Assembly (NCBI RefSeq): GCF_006345805.1
Contig: NC_043000.1
Coordinates: 82,584,001-82,648,000 of the forward strand
Direction: 5' to 3'
Length of the DNA stretch: 64,000 nt
Source of the DNA: Octopus sinensis
Taxonomy: Eukaryota
In this document: positions 22,553-35,783 of the stretch, piece by piece
Numbering within the stretch: the first letter of the stretch is position 1
How the letters are laid out: the number at the start of each line of letters is the position of its first letter
Translations under genes and position numbers: made by a program
Notes under the pieces: generated by a model
Database searches by the model: none
Told to the model about the DNA's origin: nothing
What the model saw: only the letters and a program-made list of their open reading frames with translations

Positions 22553-23260
22553 TCAGATGAAAAATATAGTTACTAAATTACTTATATAGCAATCAGCATG
22601 GCGGCAGTCAAATGACCGAAGCACATAAAAGATAAAAGCCTAGGTAATGTGGTTATGGGCAAAGAAGATGAGAGGATCACAGCTGGAACGTTTTGTTAAT
22701 GTAGATCGTCGATTAAGATTACCAACACAAGGAAACCCGCTTGAGGGTAAAGAAAGCATATGTAGAGAGTGTCTCACCGCACACGATTTATCGTTGCTTG
22801 TCAGAATGTGCAGCACTGCCGACAGCTAGTTGCAAGTATTGTTAATATGGATCATCAGATCTGTGAATCGTACCTTGATGTTCGACCGACTACCACCTGG
22901 TGCTATTGTATCTAATCAAAGTTGACTTGGGGCTACACAACACCAATCACAACTACGTCCACTAAATACGCAGAATTGTTTTTATTCAATTTATTCTAAG
23001 GTGTGCAGTTTTCCCTCCCGAATACAAATCGACACATTCAATGTCATTTGTACTTCAGTAAAGTACAACAAACTACTTACTGCACAGTACAGTCATGTAG
23101 AATACCTTTTATCAAACCTGATCTGTTGTAAATTAATTGGTTTGTGGTAACTTTTGTTATTATAAGGTAGGCACGAGGTGGTAACAAAAAGGTCCATGTG
23201 GCCACCATAATTTTGGAGCTCAGTCAGACATATAAAAAAAACTGTAGTATTTTTAAAGCA

Positions 23261-23882
23261 TACGAGGTAATATCAAAAAGTTACCGGGTTAGTTAGGTTT
23301 AATAAAAAAATTAACTTCTATTAAAACCTAAGTGTTAGCATCATCTCCTTCGAAATAGTCACCTTGTACAGCAATATACTGGTCCCAAGTTTCCTACCAC
23401 TTTTGGAATCCGGTCTTGAAGCCGTTTCCGTAAGCGAGTCGAGGACCTTCTGCGTTTCGCTCTAGATCTCGACAACAGTGTTAAAATGGTGACCTTTGAG
23501 CTGCCTTTTCATCTTGGGGAAGAGATGGAAGGCCGCAGGTGCTAAATCTAACGAATAGGACGGGTGCAGGAGCGATACTAAGTTGCTTTTGGCGTGAAAC
23601 TCCCGAGTGAGGAAAGCTTGATGACAGGGTACATTGTTGTCGTGAAGAATCTAATTCTTCACGCTCCACAGATCCGGTCGCTTTTGATTAATAGTCAGGA
23701 CCTGGGGATCGAATTTTCGATGCACAATATCGCAGATGTTGACAAAAAACAACGAGCATACTTTTGTTTGAACCGTGGCTTTGGCGCACCTTCTTCGGTC
23801 GTGGAGATGAAGGCTTCTTCCATTGTAACAACTGCTTCTTCGTCTCACAGTCGTACCTGTAGACTGGTGGGTCTATCCGACG
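23261..23882 (-). mobile_element. Mariner (irritans-like) 3' fragment
   Basis: Terminus tacgagg at 23261; minus-strand YDCETKKQ..QWKKPSSPRPKKVRQS, LHDNNVPCH and HPSYSLDLAP. Confidence 0.85.
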
Positions 23883-23884
23883 TC

Positions 23885-24050
23885 TTAACTGGCGGAATCG
23901 TTAAGAGGTCGGTTAGAATGTTCGAGCTATTTGTTCTGGCTCTCTACACTCTTCATTCAAATCCCGCCGCGATCAACATTAACTTTCAACTTTCTCAGGT
24001 CAATAAAGTACCAATCAAGTACTTTGATCGATTTTCACTCTCAGTTTCTA
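23885..24050 (+). mobile_element. SINE family A, diverged
   Basis: actggcggaatcgttaa...ttcaaatcccgccg...tcaataaagtacca. Confidence 0.65.
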
Positions 24051-24341
24051 GTGATTGGTTAGGTTTTGCTATTAGAAAGGTCGTGCGGGAATTACATGCA
24101 GCCTCTGTTCTCCAGCAATTTCTATTTACAAGAAACAGGATAATACCACTGGAATCGTCGAAAGACAAACCAAAGAGCAGAACAGCACGAAATGGAAATA
24201 AAATAAATGACCTCAATATACTAGAATTTGCCTCGGATTAATATTTCATAACGTAACATCATGCACACACACACACACTCACACACACATGTATATGTAT
24301 GTATGTATATATATATTTGTGTGTGTGTGTGTGTGTGTGTG

Positions 24342-25367
24342 TAAGAGTGTGGTTTGGACTTAAACATATTAACACGCTTTCTTTTCAATACCATTTCTCT
24401 AATGAAATATGAATAAGAGAGCTGGTAGTCTCGGTCAGCACATTCGACTGCTGTTTACGAACGTTGCATTATGCGCTCAAATAGGATTGCACAATATATT
24501 GCAAATAGTATGCACGTTTTCAACGATATTATATTGATTGATTTAACTAAGCACCAGTTACTTCTGACAGTCAAATTACAAAATTTCTTGTAATTTTGCT
24601 TTCTTTTTTATTTCTAATTTCTTTTTCTGTTCTTTGTTTTTTGTTGTTGTTTTTTAATTCTTGCTGTCTCTCATTTCTATAAAGTACAATAAAATAATTG
24701 GCTTTATATTACGCTGGAGAAAATGTGTAGAATGCATGTCTTCACGCGCTAAGGAGTGCGTATGCAGAGCATCAACAAATTACGTATGTGTTGATGCGTG
24801 TCTTGCATACGTGTCTCTTTGTGTGTGTGTGCGTGTGTGTGGTGTGTGTGTAAGAGTGTGGTTTGGACTTAAACATATTAACACGCTTTCTTTTCAATAC
24901 CATTTCTCTAATGAAATATGAATAAGAGAGCTGGTAGTCTCGGTCAGCACATTCGACTGCTGTTTACGAACGTTGCATTATGCGCTCAAATAGGATTGCA
25001 CAATATATTGCAAATAGTATGCACGTTTTCAACGATATTATATTGATTGATTTAACTAAGCACCAAGTTACTTCTGACAGTCAAATTACAAAATTTCTTG
25101 TAATTTTGCTTTCTTTTTTATTTCTAATTTCTTTTTCTGTTCTTTGTTTTTTGTTGTTGTTTTTTAATTCTTGCTGTCTCTCATTTCTATAAAGTACAAT
25201 AAAATAATTGGCTTTATAATTACGCTGGAGAAAATGTGTAGAATGCATGTATTCACGCGCTAAGGAGTGCGTATGCAGAGCATCAACAAATTACGTATGT
25301 GTTGATGCGTGTCTTGCATACGTGTCTCTTTGTGTGTGTGTGCGTGTGTGTGTGTGTGTGTGTGTGC
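24342..25367. repeat. Near-identical tandem duplication, period ~509 bp, bounded by (GT)n
   Basis: Copies start at 24342 and 24851; three differences seen (two 1-bp indels, one substitution). Confidence 0.93.
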
Positions 25368-25705
25368 GTGAGTACGCGCGCGCGTGTGTGTGTGTATGTG
25401 TATTTGATAGGACTGTCTGTGTATATCTGAATATATATCTGTATGTATGTGTATGCCTTTGATGTATCTGTTTACATCTCTTTGCACATAAATGTGTGTG
25501 TGTATACATATTATACACACGCATATGCATATATATATGTATATATGCACAACTGTTTGCTTATATATGATACATGTGTATACATATATATACATATATG
25601 TGTGTATACATATATATATATATATATTATATATATAGACTATATATATGTATACATACATATACATATATATTATATAAAGACTATATATATGTATACA
25701 TACAT

Positions 25706-25751
<46 letters not shown>

Positions 25752-26839
25752 TATACATGCATACATATGTAAGTAGCATATATGCTACATGTACGTCTGA
25801 TGCGCCTGATTGCATATATTTGTGTATATGTGTATGTGATTGTCTATATGCGTGCGTGTGTCTGCATATGTATGTGCGCATCTGTCGGTTGGTATGGTAG
25901 CCGAATTCGGCCGACAGACGGAACTAATCAGAATTTTAGCTGTTCACTTTTCAACAATTATGTTGCCTCTTTTTCCCTCTTTTTCTAGCAGGCATGTACA
26001 TGCACATATGCATTCGCACATATAAATGCACATATACTCACTCTTTCTCTTTTTCACACACACATACATAAATGTATATATACATATATATATACACACA
26101 CACACACATGTGTATGCATATATGTATATATCTATATGTATATATTCATACACACATAGACACACTCATACATGTATTATATATGCACATGGACAGACTC
26201 ACACCAACGCGCATGAATCAATGTAATACATACATACATACATACATACATACATACATACATACATACATACATACATACATACATACATACATCCATA
26301 CATACATACATTCATACATACATACATACATAATTTATGATAATACATACTTAAATCAAAACCTACACATCTACACATGATTCCAAATGTTGCACAGATA
26401 CAGATATACATTCGTACAAAAATTCATACATACATATGTTTGTATATAAGAACACATATACGAAAGCGCACGAACATACACGCATGTGTATATATTAACT
26501 ACATAGATAAACCAAACGGAGGAGAGACTTTATACATAAGCATACAAGCAGCTGTTGTTATCAACTATACAAAACAGAAGGCGCAACATCCATTAATCTT
26601 TTCAGTTCCTCCCAGATTGGTCTAAATAGTGTGGTTAATATTTGGTTTGAGCTGTAAACCGAAACGCCCTACCTGGTCGCTAGATTTGCTAGAAATAGTG
26701 ACCTAACTCTCTCAAAGTATGCCGTACTATTTTAGAAAATATGATTCTATAGTTCCATGATATAGGAAAATGGCTGTATGGCCACGGCTGGAATTCTTTT
26801 CATTCTGTCTCCATTGATAACAATGTTGTTGTTATAAAT

Positions 26840-28100
26840 GGCCACCCGTCGAAGCCATTCAGAATCATCTAATTGGTCTGTCAAGGCTGTCCTCTGTCGC
26901 CTTTTCTGTGTGTACTGAATCTAAAGCCACTACTGCCGGAACTGGAGATACTGAAGAGCATCTGCGCAGTCTATGATGTGGCATGTGCAGATGACGTCAG
27001 CACAATAGCGCCGGAAACCAAGCATATCAAGATGATCGGCACCACTCTTAAGGAGCATGTGGCTGTAACAGCAGCTAAAATCAATAGGTGCGTCTGCTGC
27101 TCGGCACCTAGAAAGGTAGATCTATGCTATCCAGCTACATCATAGAGCGCTGAGCGGACAGACCAAACAAATTGCTAGCAGCTGGGACAAGAAGATGAGC
27201 AGAGTGCCTAGTTTCACCTAGAAATATGTGAGAAGAAGCTATTTCTGTAAGGCGGAGCAGAGATGTCGAATTCCTACATTAAGTCCAATTTCTATGATCG
27301 CTTAACTTTTGTACCTTGCCCCGGTTCACGTCTCACTGAGTTAGAGCAATTGCTTTCCCGCTTTTTGTAAAAGGAATATGTACCAGTGATCGAGGTTTCC
27401 ACTTACTGTCAATGCCTTCTTCCTAGAGGACTAAGCATGCCATCACTGATGCTGCTCAGGCACGTGCTGAGACTGCAACATTTTCAGCAATTCCAACACA
27501 GTGAACACGTGTGATCGAGGTTTATGAGGTGCAATTTTTTCTATAACTCGTTTCTTTCACAGATCTACAGTCCGAAACAGAGTGCTTGGCATCTACAATG
27601 TCAAGTCGGGTAATACAGTAGGCAGAACTTCCACCTTGGCTTTCTATAGATGATTAGATGTGGACAAAAGCAAGGACGTAATCGAGGTAACGCTCGACGT
27701 TAATGAAAATCAATTCGTTTGACTGATGCATGGGGCTCTCGGACCGGTATTCATGGATAATTTCCAGAAATCCCTGGGCTGGCACTTCTAAAGGATTGGG
27801 AGTGGCATTACCGGTTCCAGATAAACTCTGTAGACACGAAAGTAGTGTCCGTCGGGCCGATCTGAGATACGCGCTGGGCAACGAAACCGCCCTACACCTA
27901 CATGTGTAGGCGAAAGAAGTTGTGCTCTGAACGAGAAGAAAGGCCTGAAGACAGATACTTTCCTTTTTGGCCAAACTATCATCAACTTGAAAAGGAAAAT
28001 GAGGTTGGGGAGAGAAGTACTACTTCCCAACAAATTTATTGAAAGGTGGATAAGAAAGGAGTATGGCCGAGTAAACGGACTTCCTCTGAACATGTGCTTG
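26840..28100 (+). mobile_element. L1/Tx1-type LINE ORF2 fragment (RT to C-terminus), decayed
   Basis: CQGCPLSP and ACADD; C-terminus KGLKTDTFLFGQTII...EVLLPNKFIERW matches the copy at 41051. Confidence 0.85.
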
Positions 28101-28308
28101 AACATTGGAGAAGGACAGCTGGAGAAAAGCACTTCCACGTGTAACCTTCGGAGGTCTCTCTTTGCAGTCTTCTTAAATTTTATATTTTTGATGTTTATAC
28201 ATTTTTGCAGCCAGTTTTAAGTAATCCCACACTGTATCGATCACATTTCTTAAAAATAATCTTTGTGGTCTCTAAAGATAACATTTCATTATTATTATTG
28301 TTGTTAGT

Positions 28309-28710
28309 AAGGCGGCGAGCTGGCAGAAACGTTAGCACGCCGGGCGAAATGCTTAGCAGTATTTCGTCTGCCGCTACGTTCTGAGTTCAAATTCCGCCGA
28401 GGTCGACTTTGCCTTTCATCCTTTCGGGGTCGATTAAATAAGAACCAGTTACGTACTGGGGTCGATATAATCGACTTAATCTGCTTGTCTGTCCTTGTTT
28501 GTCCTCTCTGTGTTTAGCCCCTTGTGGGTAGCAAAGAAATAGGTATTTCGTCTGTCTGCACGGTCTGAGTTCAAATTCCGCCGAGGTCGACTTTGCCTTT
28601 TATCTTTTCGTAGTCGATAAACTAAGTACCAGTTGGGTACTGGGGTCGATGTGATCGACTCTCCCCCTCCCCACAAAATCCAGGCCATGTGCCTTTAGTA
28701 GAAAGGATTG
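28309..28710 (+). mobile_element. SINE family A tandem dimer with 16-bp TSD
   Basis: Junction ggtatttcg at 28542; ttattattgttgttag at 28292-28307 and 28711-28726. Confidence 0.9.
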
Positions 28711-28727
28711 TTATTATTGTTGTTAGC

Positions 28728-29045
28728 AAGGCGATGAGCTGGCAGAATCGTTAGTACGCCGGGCAAAATCCTTAGCAGCATTTCACCCGTCTTTACGTTC
28801 TGCCTTCAAATTTTGCCGAGGTCGATTTTGCCTTTCATCTTTTTGGGGTCGATAAATTAAGTACCAGTCAAGTACTGAATACCGCTGAGGTCGACTTTGC
28901 TTTCCATCCTTTTGGAGTCGATGAAATAAGTACCTGTTGAGCACTAGGGTCGATTCAATCAACTTAACCTCTCCTCTCAAATTCCTAAAATTTGAAACCA
29001 TTATTCAGGCAGTGTAAGGTGGCGAGCTGACAGAATCGTTAGCTT
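28728..29045 (+). mobile_element. Further SINE family A copies (core duplicated, plus a head fragment)
   Basis: aaggcgatgagctggcagaatcg...; second core from about 28883; head fragment from about 29016. Confidence 0.8.
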
Positions 29046-30275
29046 GAAACCTTTTGTATGTGTGTGCAAGCATGTATGCGGGTATGTATATATTTTTTGG
29101 CGAATGTGTGGGTGAGCATGTGTGTGTTTCAAGTGAGGGTGGATGAGTATATACATATAGGCACATGTACATGGGTGTGCGAGCGCACGTGTGTATGTAT
29201 GGTCATGCGCGCTTATGCAATTGCTATGAACATTTTTACTCCCTTACCTTTACTCTCTCCCCTTACTTAGCGGTCATTCTAATAGCTCTTTTGTCTTAAT
29301 AATGGTCAATCACACAGTAATTTCCCTTTGTTTAACGATCATTTTCATAGCTTGCTTTTTTTTTTTTTTTGATGGCCCTATAACTGAAGAGATGCCGTTG
29401 AATTATTAGTCCAGTTCTACATTCTATGTATCGAGTACTCCCAGTACTCTTTTAATGACAGTGGCTAACTTAATTTGTATCATTTAGCACCGTGAATCGT
29501 TTTGGTCCTTTTGAGTTGAGCTCTTTTATTTTAAGCAACGTGTATGTATGTGTATGTGAGCGTTTATGCATGAGTGTGTGTATGTGTATGTGTGTGTGTG
29601 TGTGTATGTGTGTATGTGTGCATGTGTGTGTGTATGTATGTGTGTGCATGCGTGTGTATATGAACCTGATGGTTGCCATTTATGAGGACAACATGTACTC
29701 AAAAGCTAGTCTATACATTTCGGCTATTTGAAGCTATTTGTAAGCCATCAACATAGACATAGAAGCAAAAACAAAAACAAAGTTTTTCAGAGTTAGAAAT
29801 ATGTTGAAATCTATTTTTAATATTTCAAATCGTAATAAAGATATTTATTTAAAGCTATTTTCAAATGTTCGAAACAGATAAATGTTTTAAAAACAACAGA
29901 AATGTGTGTATGTGTGTGTCGTGAGAGCCATGGGTGTGTGGTCGAGAAGTTTGCTTTGCAGACAGTTGGTTCCACGTTTATTCCCAAAGCGGATGTATCG
30001 AGGATAAGTATGTTCTGCCATAGCCTCGAGACGACGATAGCTTTGTTAAGAGAAATTTTTTTTGAGTAGAAATTATTTGGAAGTCAGACAGATGTGTATA
30101 TATATATACATGAGCATGTATTTGTATGTGTGTGTGTGTGTATGTGTGTGCGTGTGTGCGTGTGTGTGTGTGTGTGTGTATGTGTGTGTGTGTGTGTGTG
30201 CGTGAGTGCGTGTGTTTTATATATATATATATATGTTCTTGTACGTGTGTGTTTGCATGTATGGTGTGTATACCG

Positions 30276-30690
30276 TTTATCTTTTACTTGTTTCAGTCAT
30301 TGGACTGCAGCCATGCTGAAGCATCATGTTGAAAGGTTTAGTCGAACAAAATCCTTCGCGTACTTACTATTTAAGCTTGAGACGTATTTTATCGTTTTCT
30401 TTTGCCGAAACGCTACATTTACAAGAACCTAAACAAACCAAGTTCGGTTGTCAAGCGGTGGTGGATAAACACAAAGACGCATACATACATACATACATAC
30501 ATACATACATACATACATACATACATACATACATACATACATGCATACATATATAATTCTTTCATTTTCGGTGTACCAAATCCACTCAAAAAGCTTTTGT
30601 CGGCCCTAGACCATAACATAAGACACTTGCCCAAGGTGCCACGCTGTAGAACTGAACCCAAGACCACATGGTTCGGAAGTAGACCCTTTA
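30276..30690 (-). mobile_element. SINE family B with internal (TACA)n
   Basis: Tail cttttacttgtttcagtcatt and core agacacttgcccaaggtgccacg. Confidence 0.82.
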
Positions 30691-30791
30691 ATCCAATGTC
30701 CCAATACAGTTGGGATATAGCAAAACTCGTAAAAATACAGTGAAACTAGTAAAAAATATAAAAGCATACACACACAAACGTATGAGTGTGA

Positions 30792-30824
<33 letters not shown>

Positions 30825-30842
30825 CGTGTGTGTGTGTGTGTC

Positions 30843-31251
30843 ATTTTACAATCATATACATAACTATAACTAGGGGTTAGCTTTATGCGTCGCCACGTAC
30901 TGATTAGAAATAGACGCTAAAGTCTTTTTTACTACCATAAAATCTCCGAGAAACAACACACTTTTAATGTAGGCAAAAGAAAAGTTATGAATCAACAAGG
31001 TCGGTCAATTATGAACGCGTTTCGAACTTAAAGTAAAACATATTAGTAAGTAATAGGTTTTATAAGTTCGAAACGCGTTCATAATTGACCGACCTTGTTG
31101 ATTCATCACTTTTCTTTTGCCTACATTAAAAGTGTGTTATTTCACGGAGATTTTATGGTAGTAGAAAAAGACTTTAGCGTCTATTTCTAATCAGTACGTG
31201 GCGAAGCATAAAGTTAACCCCTAGTTATAATTATGTATATAATTATAAAAT
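30843..31251. repeat. 409-bp palindrome, ~188-bp arms, 32-nt spacer (MITE-like fold-back)
   Basis: 30843-31030 is the near-exact reverse complement of 31063-31251. Confidence 0.93.
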
Positions 31252-32700
31252 AATTTGTAAAATTTACCTAAAAGGTTTTTATTTCCGTACTGGCTACCTG
31301 GTAAAATTATTACTGATTTTACCCTATATTATTAATATATATTTATTTATTTATTTATTGCGTGTATGTGTGGGCGGGTGTGTACGTTCTTTTCGTTATT
31401 AATGCATTTTTCATTTATTGTGTAACTGAACGCCACGCATCCTGACTTTTGTTAACAGTAAGGTTTTATATATTTTTGGGGACGCTATCTTCTTTCTTTC
31501 TCTCTCGTCTTCATATTCCTTTTCTAACATCCCAACTTCCTCTCTTCCTCTGTCTCGTTTTCTCACTTGTAATTGTAGACCTTCTCCCTTCCTCTCTCCC
31601 TTCCTTCCTTCCTTCCTCTCTCTGCCGCTCGTTCTCCCTCTCTCTCATCCTCTTTCCCTTCTATCTACTGCCCACATGTGACCCGTGACTAATTTTCTCA
31701 TCTGTCTGTCTTTTGCCACCAGACGCTTAGCTTGCCGGTCAACATCTATCTCTTCTCTTTCTATATCCATTCAGGATTTCTTCCAGGCATTACCCATCAT
31801 TCCCGTCTGTTTGACAGAAAGGCGGTATTTATTCAATCTTCGTCAATCGTTTCAAATTACATTTGTTTACTTTCGAACGTCTACTCTCTATCGTTTTGTT
31901 TACTTGAGCCCCAATTCTCCGCAAATTTTGCGAGTGCCGCCACTATACAAAGTTGTCAGTCTTGTCGTTAAAGGCATGAAATTGTGTACTAGTATTTCAG
32001 TCGATAACTGATGAAGAGTTAGGGTCCTTCTGTGTCTTTCTTATGTGTACGTTTTTTAGAATTGATTGCATTTTTCTTATATATATATAAAACAAAGATG
32101 TACAGGCGAAAATTCACTACGGCCGTTTCAAGCGACTCCTTTAACTGATTAGTGAAAACATCACATCATTTGAAAGAAGCCGTTCTCGTCAGACGACCGC
32201 ATATACTTCAAACATAAGTATACAATATTTCCTTAACGTATTCACATCAATAATGGTACTCAAAATATTTACTTTGTTTCCTTTGTCATATTTGTGGCAG
32301 AATGAGTTTAGAAAATAACGCATACCATGTTAAGTTTACTATAATTTAGAGAGTAGCAGGGGGGGGGACAGGATAAAAGGAGTGGTGACCTAGTAACTTA
32401 CATTTAGAAGACTTTATGAAGAATGTAGTCTTCAACCGTTTAGAATCAAATCCATTGGCAATTGTCAACTGTATTCTAGTAAATGTGATAAATCAATTAA
32501 TGTTCGACAATCTACTAGACTCAGTGTACTGGACCATAGATCTAGCTTTATCTACACAAAAGGGTAGGGCGTAGAGTTAGTAGTAAGGGAATGTCTGATG
32601 AGGAAGGGGTGATAATTGGAAGGAAGAAGGATAGGGATGGCCAATACTTATTTTGATTAAGGGGAATATAATGAAAAACCAATATATATATATTCTTTTA

Positions 32701-33338
<638 letters not shown>

Positions 33339-33431
33339 GAAGCTTTACGAAAATAAACAAAAGACGAAGGCAGGTGGAGTACAAACAAACAATTGTATTA
33401 GTATGGCGCTCAGGAATAGAAATAAAACAAG

Positions 33432-33469
33432 TCTTTTACGTTTCGAGCCTACGCTCTTCAACAGAAAGA
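33432..33469 (-). ncRNA. Minimal type I hammerhead-like motif, variant core CUGUUGA
   Basis: tcttt-CTGTTGA-a-gagc(gtag)gctc-GAAA-cgt-a-aaaga. Confidence 0.65.
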
Positions 33470-33769
33470 TACACAGAAAAGAAACACGGAGAGAAAAAAG
33501 GAAAGAAAAAAATGCGTGCAGGAGCTAACGAATCAACATGGCGGTCTGATTTCGGCCAGAAGTCAGAGATCAGACGTTAGACGCAAGAGGGATAGTAGGG
33601 GAGATAACAAGGTCAAATGACCTCACCCCAACATAAGGGTGCGTGTGTGTATGAGAGAGTATGTATGTGCGTATGAAAGGTCTGAATGGGTGTATGTATT
33701 ATGATGTGATGTGTAATGTCGTATGGTGTAGTGTAGTGTCGTATGGTGTAGTGTAGTATAGTGTGGTGG

Positions 33770-34212
33770 GAGGTGGGGGAAGCCATGTGGGGTGTGGGTT
33801 CGGCTGGGGTTGGGGTAGAGTAGGGGTTGTGGGGAGAGTGAAAGGGGGAGAGAAGAGAGAAGGAGGAGTGGAGGAGGGAAGAGAGATGAGGGGGAGGGGA
33901 GAGGAGATGAGGGGGAAAGGATAGAGGAGATGAGGGGGAGAGGGGAGGAGGAGGAGGGAGAGATGAGATGAGGGGTGAGGGGGGAAAGAAGGAAGGAGAG
34001 GAGAGGAGAAAGGGAAAGGAGGGGGAAGAAGGAAAGAGAGAGAGGGAAGGGGGAGAGAGAAGGATGGAGAGGAGAAGAGGAGGAGGATGGGAAATGAGGG
34101 GAGAGGAGGGGGGAATGGGAAAGGATGGGAGAGAAGGGGAGTGAGGGAGCAGAGAGAAAGAGAGAAGGGGAAGAGGGAAGAGGAAAGAGGAAAGAAGAGG
34201 AGGGAAAGAGAC
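33770..34212. repeat. Polypurine (G/A) tract with G-runs
   Basis: Almost exclusively G and A from about 33840 to 34210. Confidence 0.92.
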
Positions 34213-34316
34213 ATACACACATACATGGTTTAAATATACAAAAAACAAAAGACTAAGACAGGTGAGGGAACAACATGCTGATGTATCACTTTGATGCTTG
34301 GCGAAAATGGTAAAGT

Positions 34317-34352
34317 CTCTGACGTTTCGGGCCAAGGCCCTTCGACAGAGAG
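34317..34352 (-). ncRNA. Minimal type I hammerhead-like motif, variant core CUGUCGA
   Basis: ctct-CTGTCGA-a-gggc(cttg)gccc-GAAA-cgt-c-agag. Confidence 0.68.
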
Positions 34353-34560
34353 GGATGAGAAGAAAAAAGAGTTCATATTAAGTGAGTTTTTGACTGTGTA
34401 TACTCTTTTACGGATTTTTGTATTTGTTTTTTTATTATGGCCATGCTAGATTATCACCTTCAGAACGTTCTAGTCGATCATATAGACTCCAGTACATACT
34501 TCCTTACTTATTTTATCCATCAAATATCTATATCTAAATATATTGTATCATTCTGTCTAC

Positions 34561-34613
<53 letters not shown>

Positions 34614-34739
34614 AATCTATCTATCTGTGTATGTGTGTGTATGCATATATGTATGTACATACGTATGTATGAATATATATATGTATGCATATATGTATGT
34701 ACGTATGTATGTTCTTTTCGTTCTCTTTTTAATATATAT

Positions 34740-34775
<36 letters not shown>

Positions 34776-34842
34776 ATGTATGCATGTATGTATGTATGTA
34801 TGTATGTATGTATGTATGTATGTATGTATGTATGTATGTATG

Positions 34843-35080
34843 TAGAAGATCTAAGTTCAACCATACTTTGCTGCAGACAAGTTGGTATGTAACCTGTTGC
34901 TCCAATAATAAGAAGTGTGAAGCTGAAAGTGTATCTTGAGTACTGGATTTGCAAATTCCTTACCAATGCTTCATAGATGTCTTCTTCCTCTTGTATTTTT
35001 CTAACCACATTCGTGTCCAGAGGGCAACTGGTTTCCACAACAGAACATCTTTTCTTCACGGTCCCACACAACGATATCTG
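34843..35080 (-). mobile_element. R4/Dong-type LINE RLE fragment
   Basis: DIVVWDRE..., VVETSCPLDTNVVRKIQEEEDIY and IIGATGYIP; similar to the 5395-6570 family. Confidence 0.8.
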
Positions 35081-35476
35081 ATGTATATCTATCTGTATAT
35101 ATATATTTGTATGTGTATGTTTGCGCGCGCGCGCGTGTGTGTGTGACTGGTAAGAATACTTCTAGGAGGTATATAATAATTACAATTATTGCTCAGACCG
35201 GAATAGATTCTTAAAACCGAACACAGGGAGATGGAATCAAGGAAAACAAGGGTTGGCTGCAGGTAATGTACCGGTCATATATATAGGATTCGATTCCTAA
35301 ACCAAAAGACGCGTTATGTCCTTGAACGAGGCTTTTCTTGTAGGATTGAATTTGTTATTGATATTGCGTGATTGTCCCTCTTTGGGAGTCTAATTATGGG
35401 TAATACTTGATTAAGGATTTCTAGTTGGGGGACTTTTTGTTGCATATATATGTAATATATATATTTATATATATAT

Positions 35477-35742
35477 GAAGGTGTGTGGTCTAGTGGTTAG
35501 GGTCATGCACACATTATCGCCGGATCGTGGGTTCGATTCCGCTACCGGGTGGCGCGTTGTTTTCTTGCACAAACCACTTCATTTCACGTTGCTCCAATCC
35601 ACTCAGCTGTATATGGTCAATCCTGCAACGGAATAACCTTCCGATTAGGAGGAATCTTAGCTAACAGGGTGGCAAAAGCTAAAATGATGCGAAGTGCATT
35701 GTGACCAGCAATGTATAACAACACCCGATAGTCTGGTCAATA

Positions 35743-35745
<3 letters not shown>
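35477..35745 (+). mobile_element. SINE family C
   Basis: tggtctagtggttaggg...gggttcgattcc...catttcacgttgctccaatccactcagctg. Confidence 0.82.

Positions 35746-35783
<38 letters not shown>

Noticed and set aside
23594-24241. 215-aa plus-strand ORF
   Set aside because: Composite of antisense mariner, a SINE and flank; not a coherent gene.
32105-32155. Minus-strand ...cagttaaaggagtcgcttgaaacggccgtagtg as a hammerhead
   Set aside because: GAAA and palindromic stem III are present, but the core box and stem II are too degenerate to call.
33613-34335. Pro/Ser/Leu-rich ORFs of 175-240 aa
   Set aside because: Translations of the polypurine/polypyrimidine tract.
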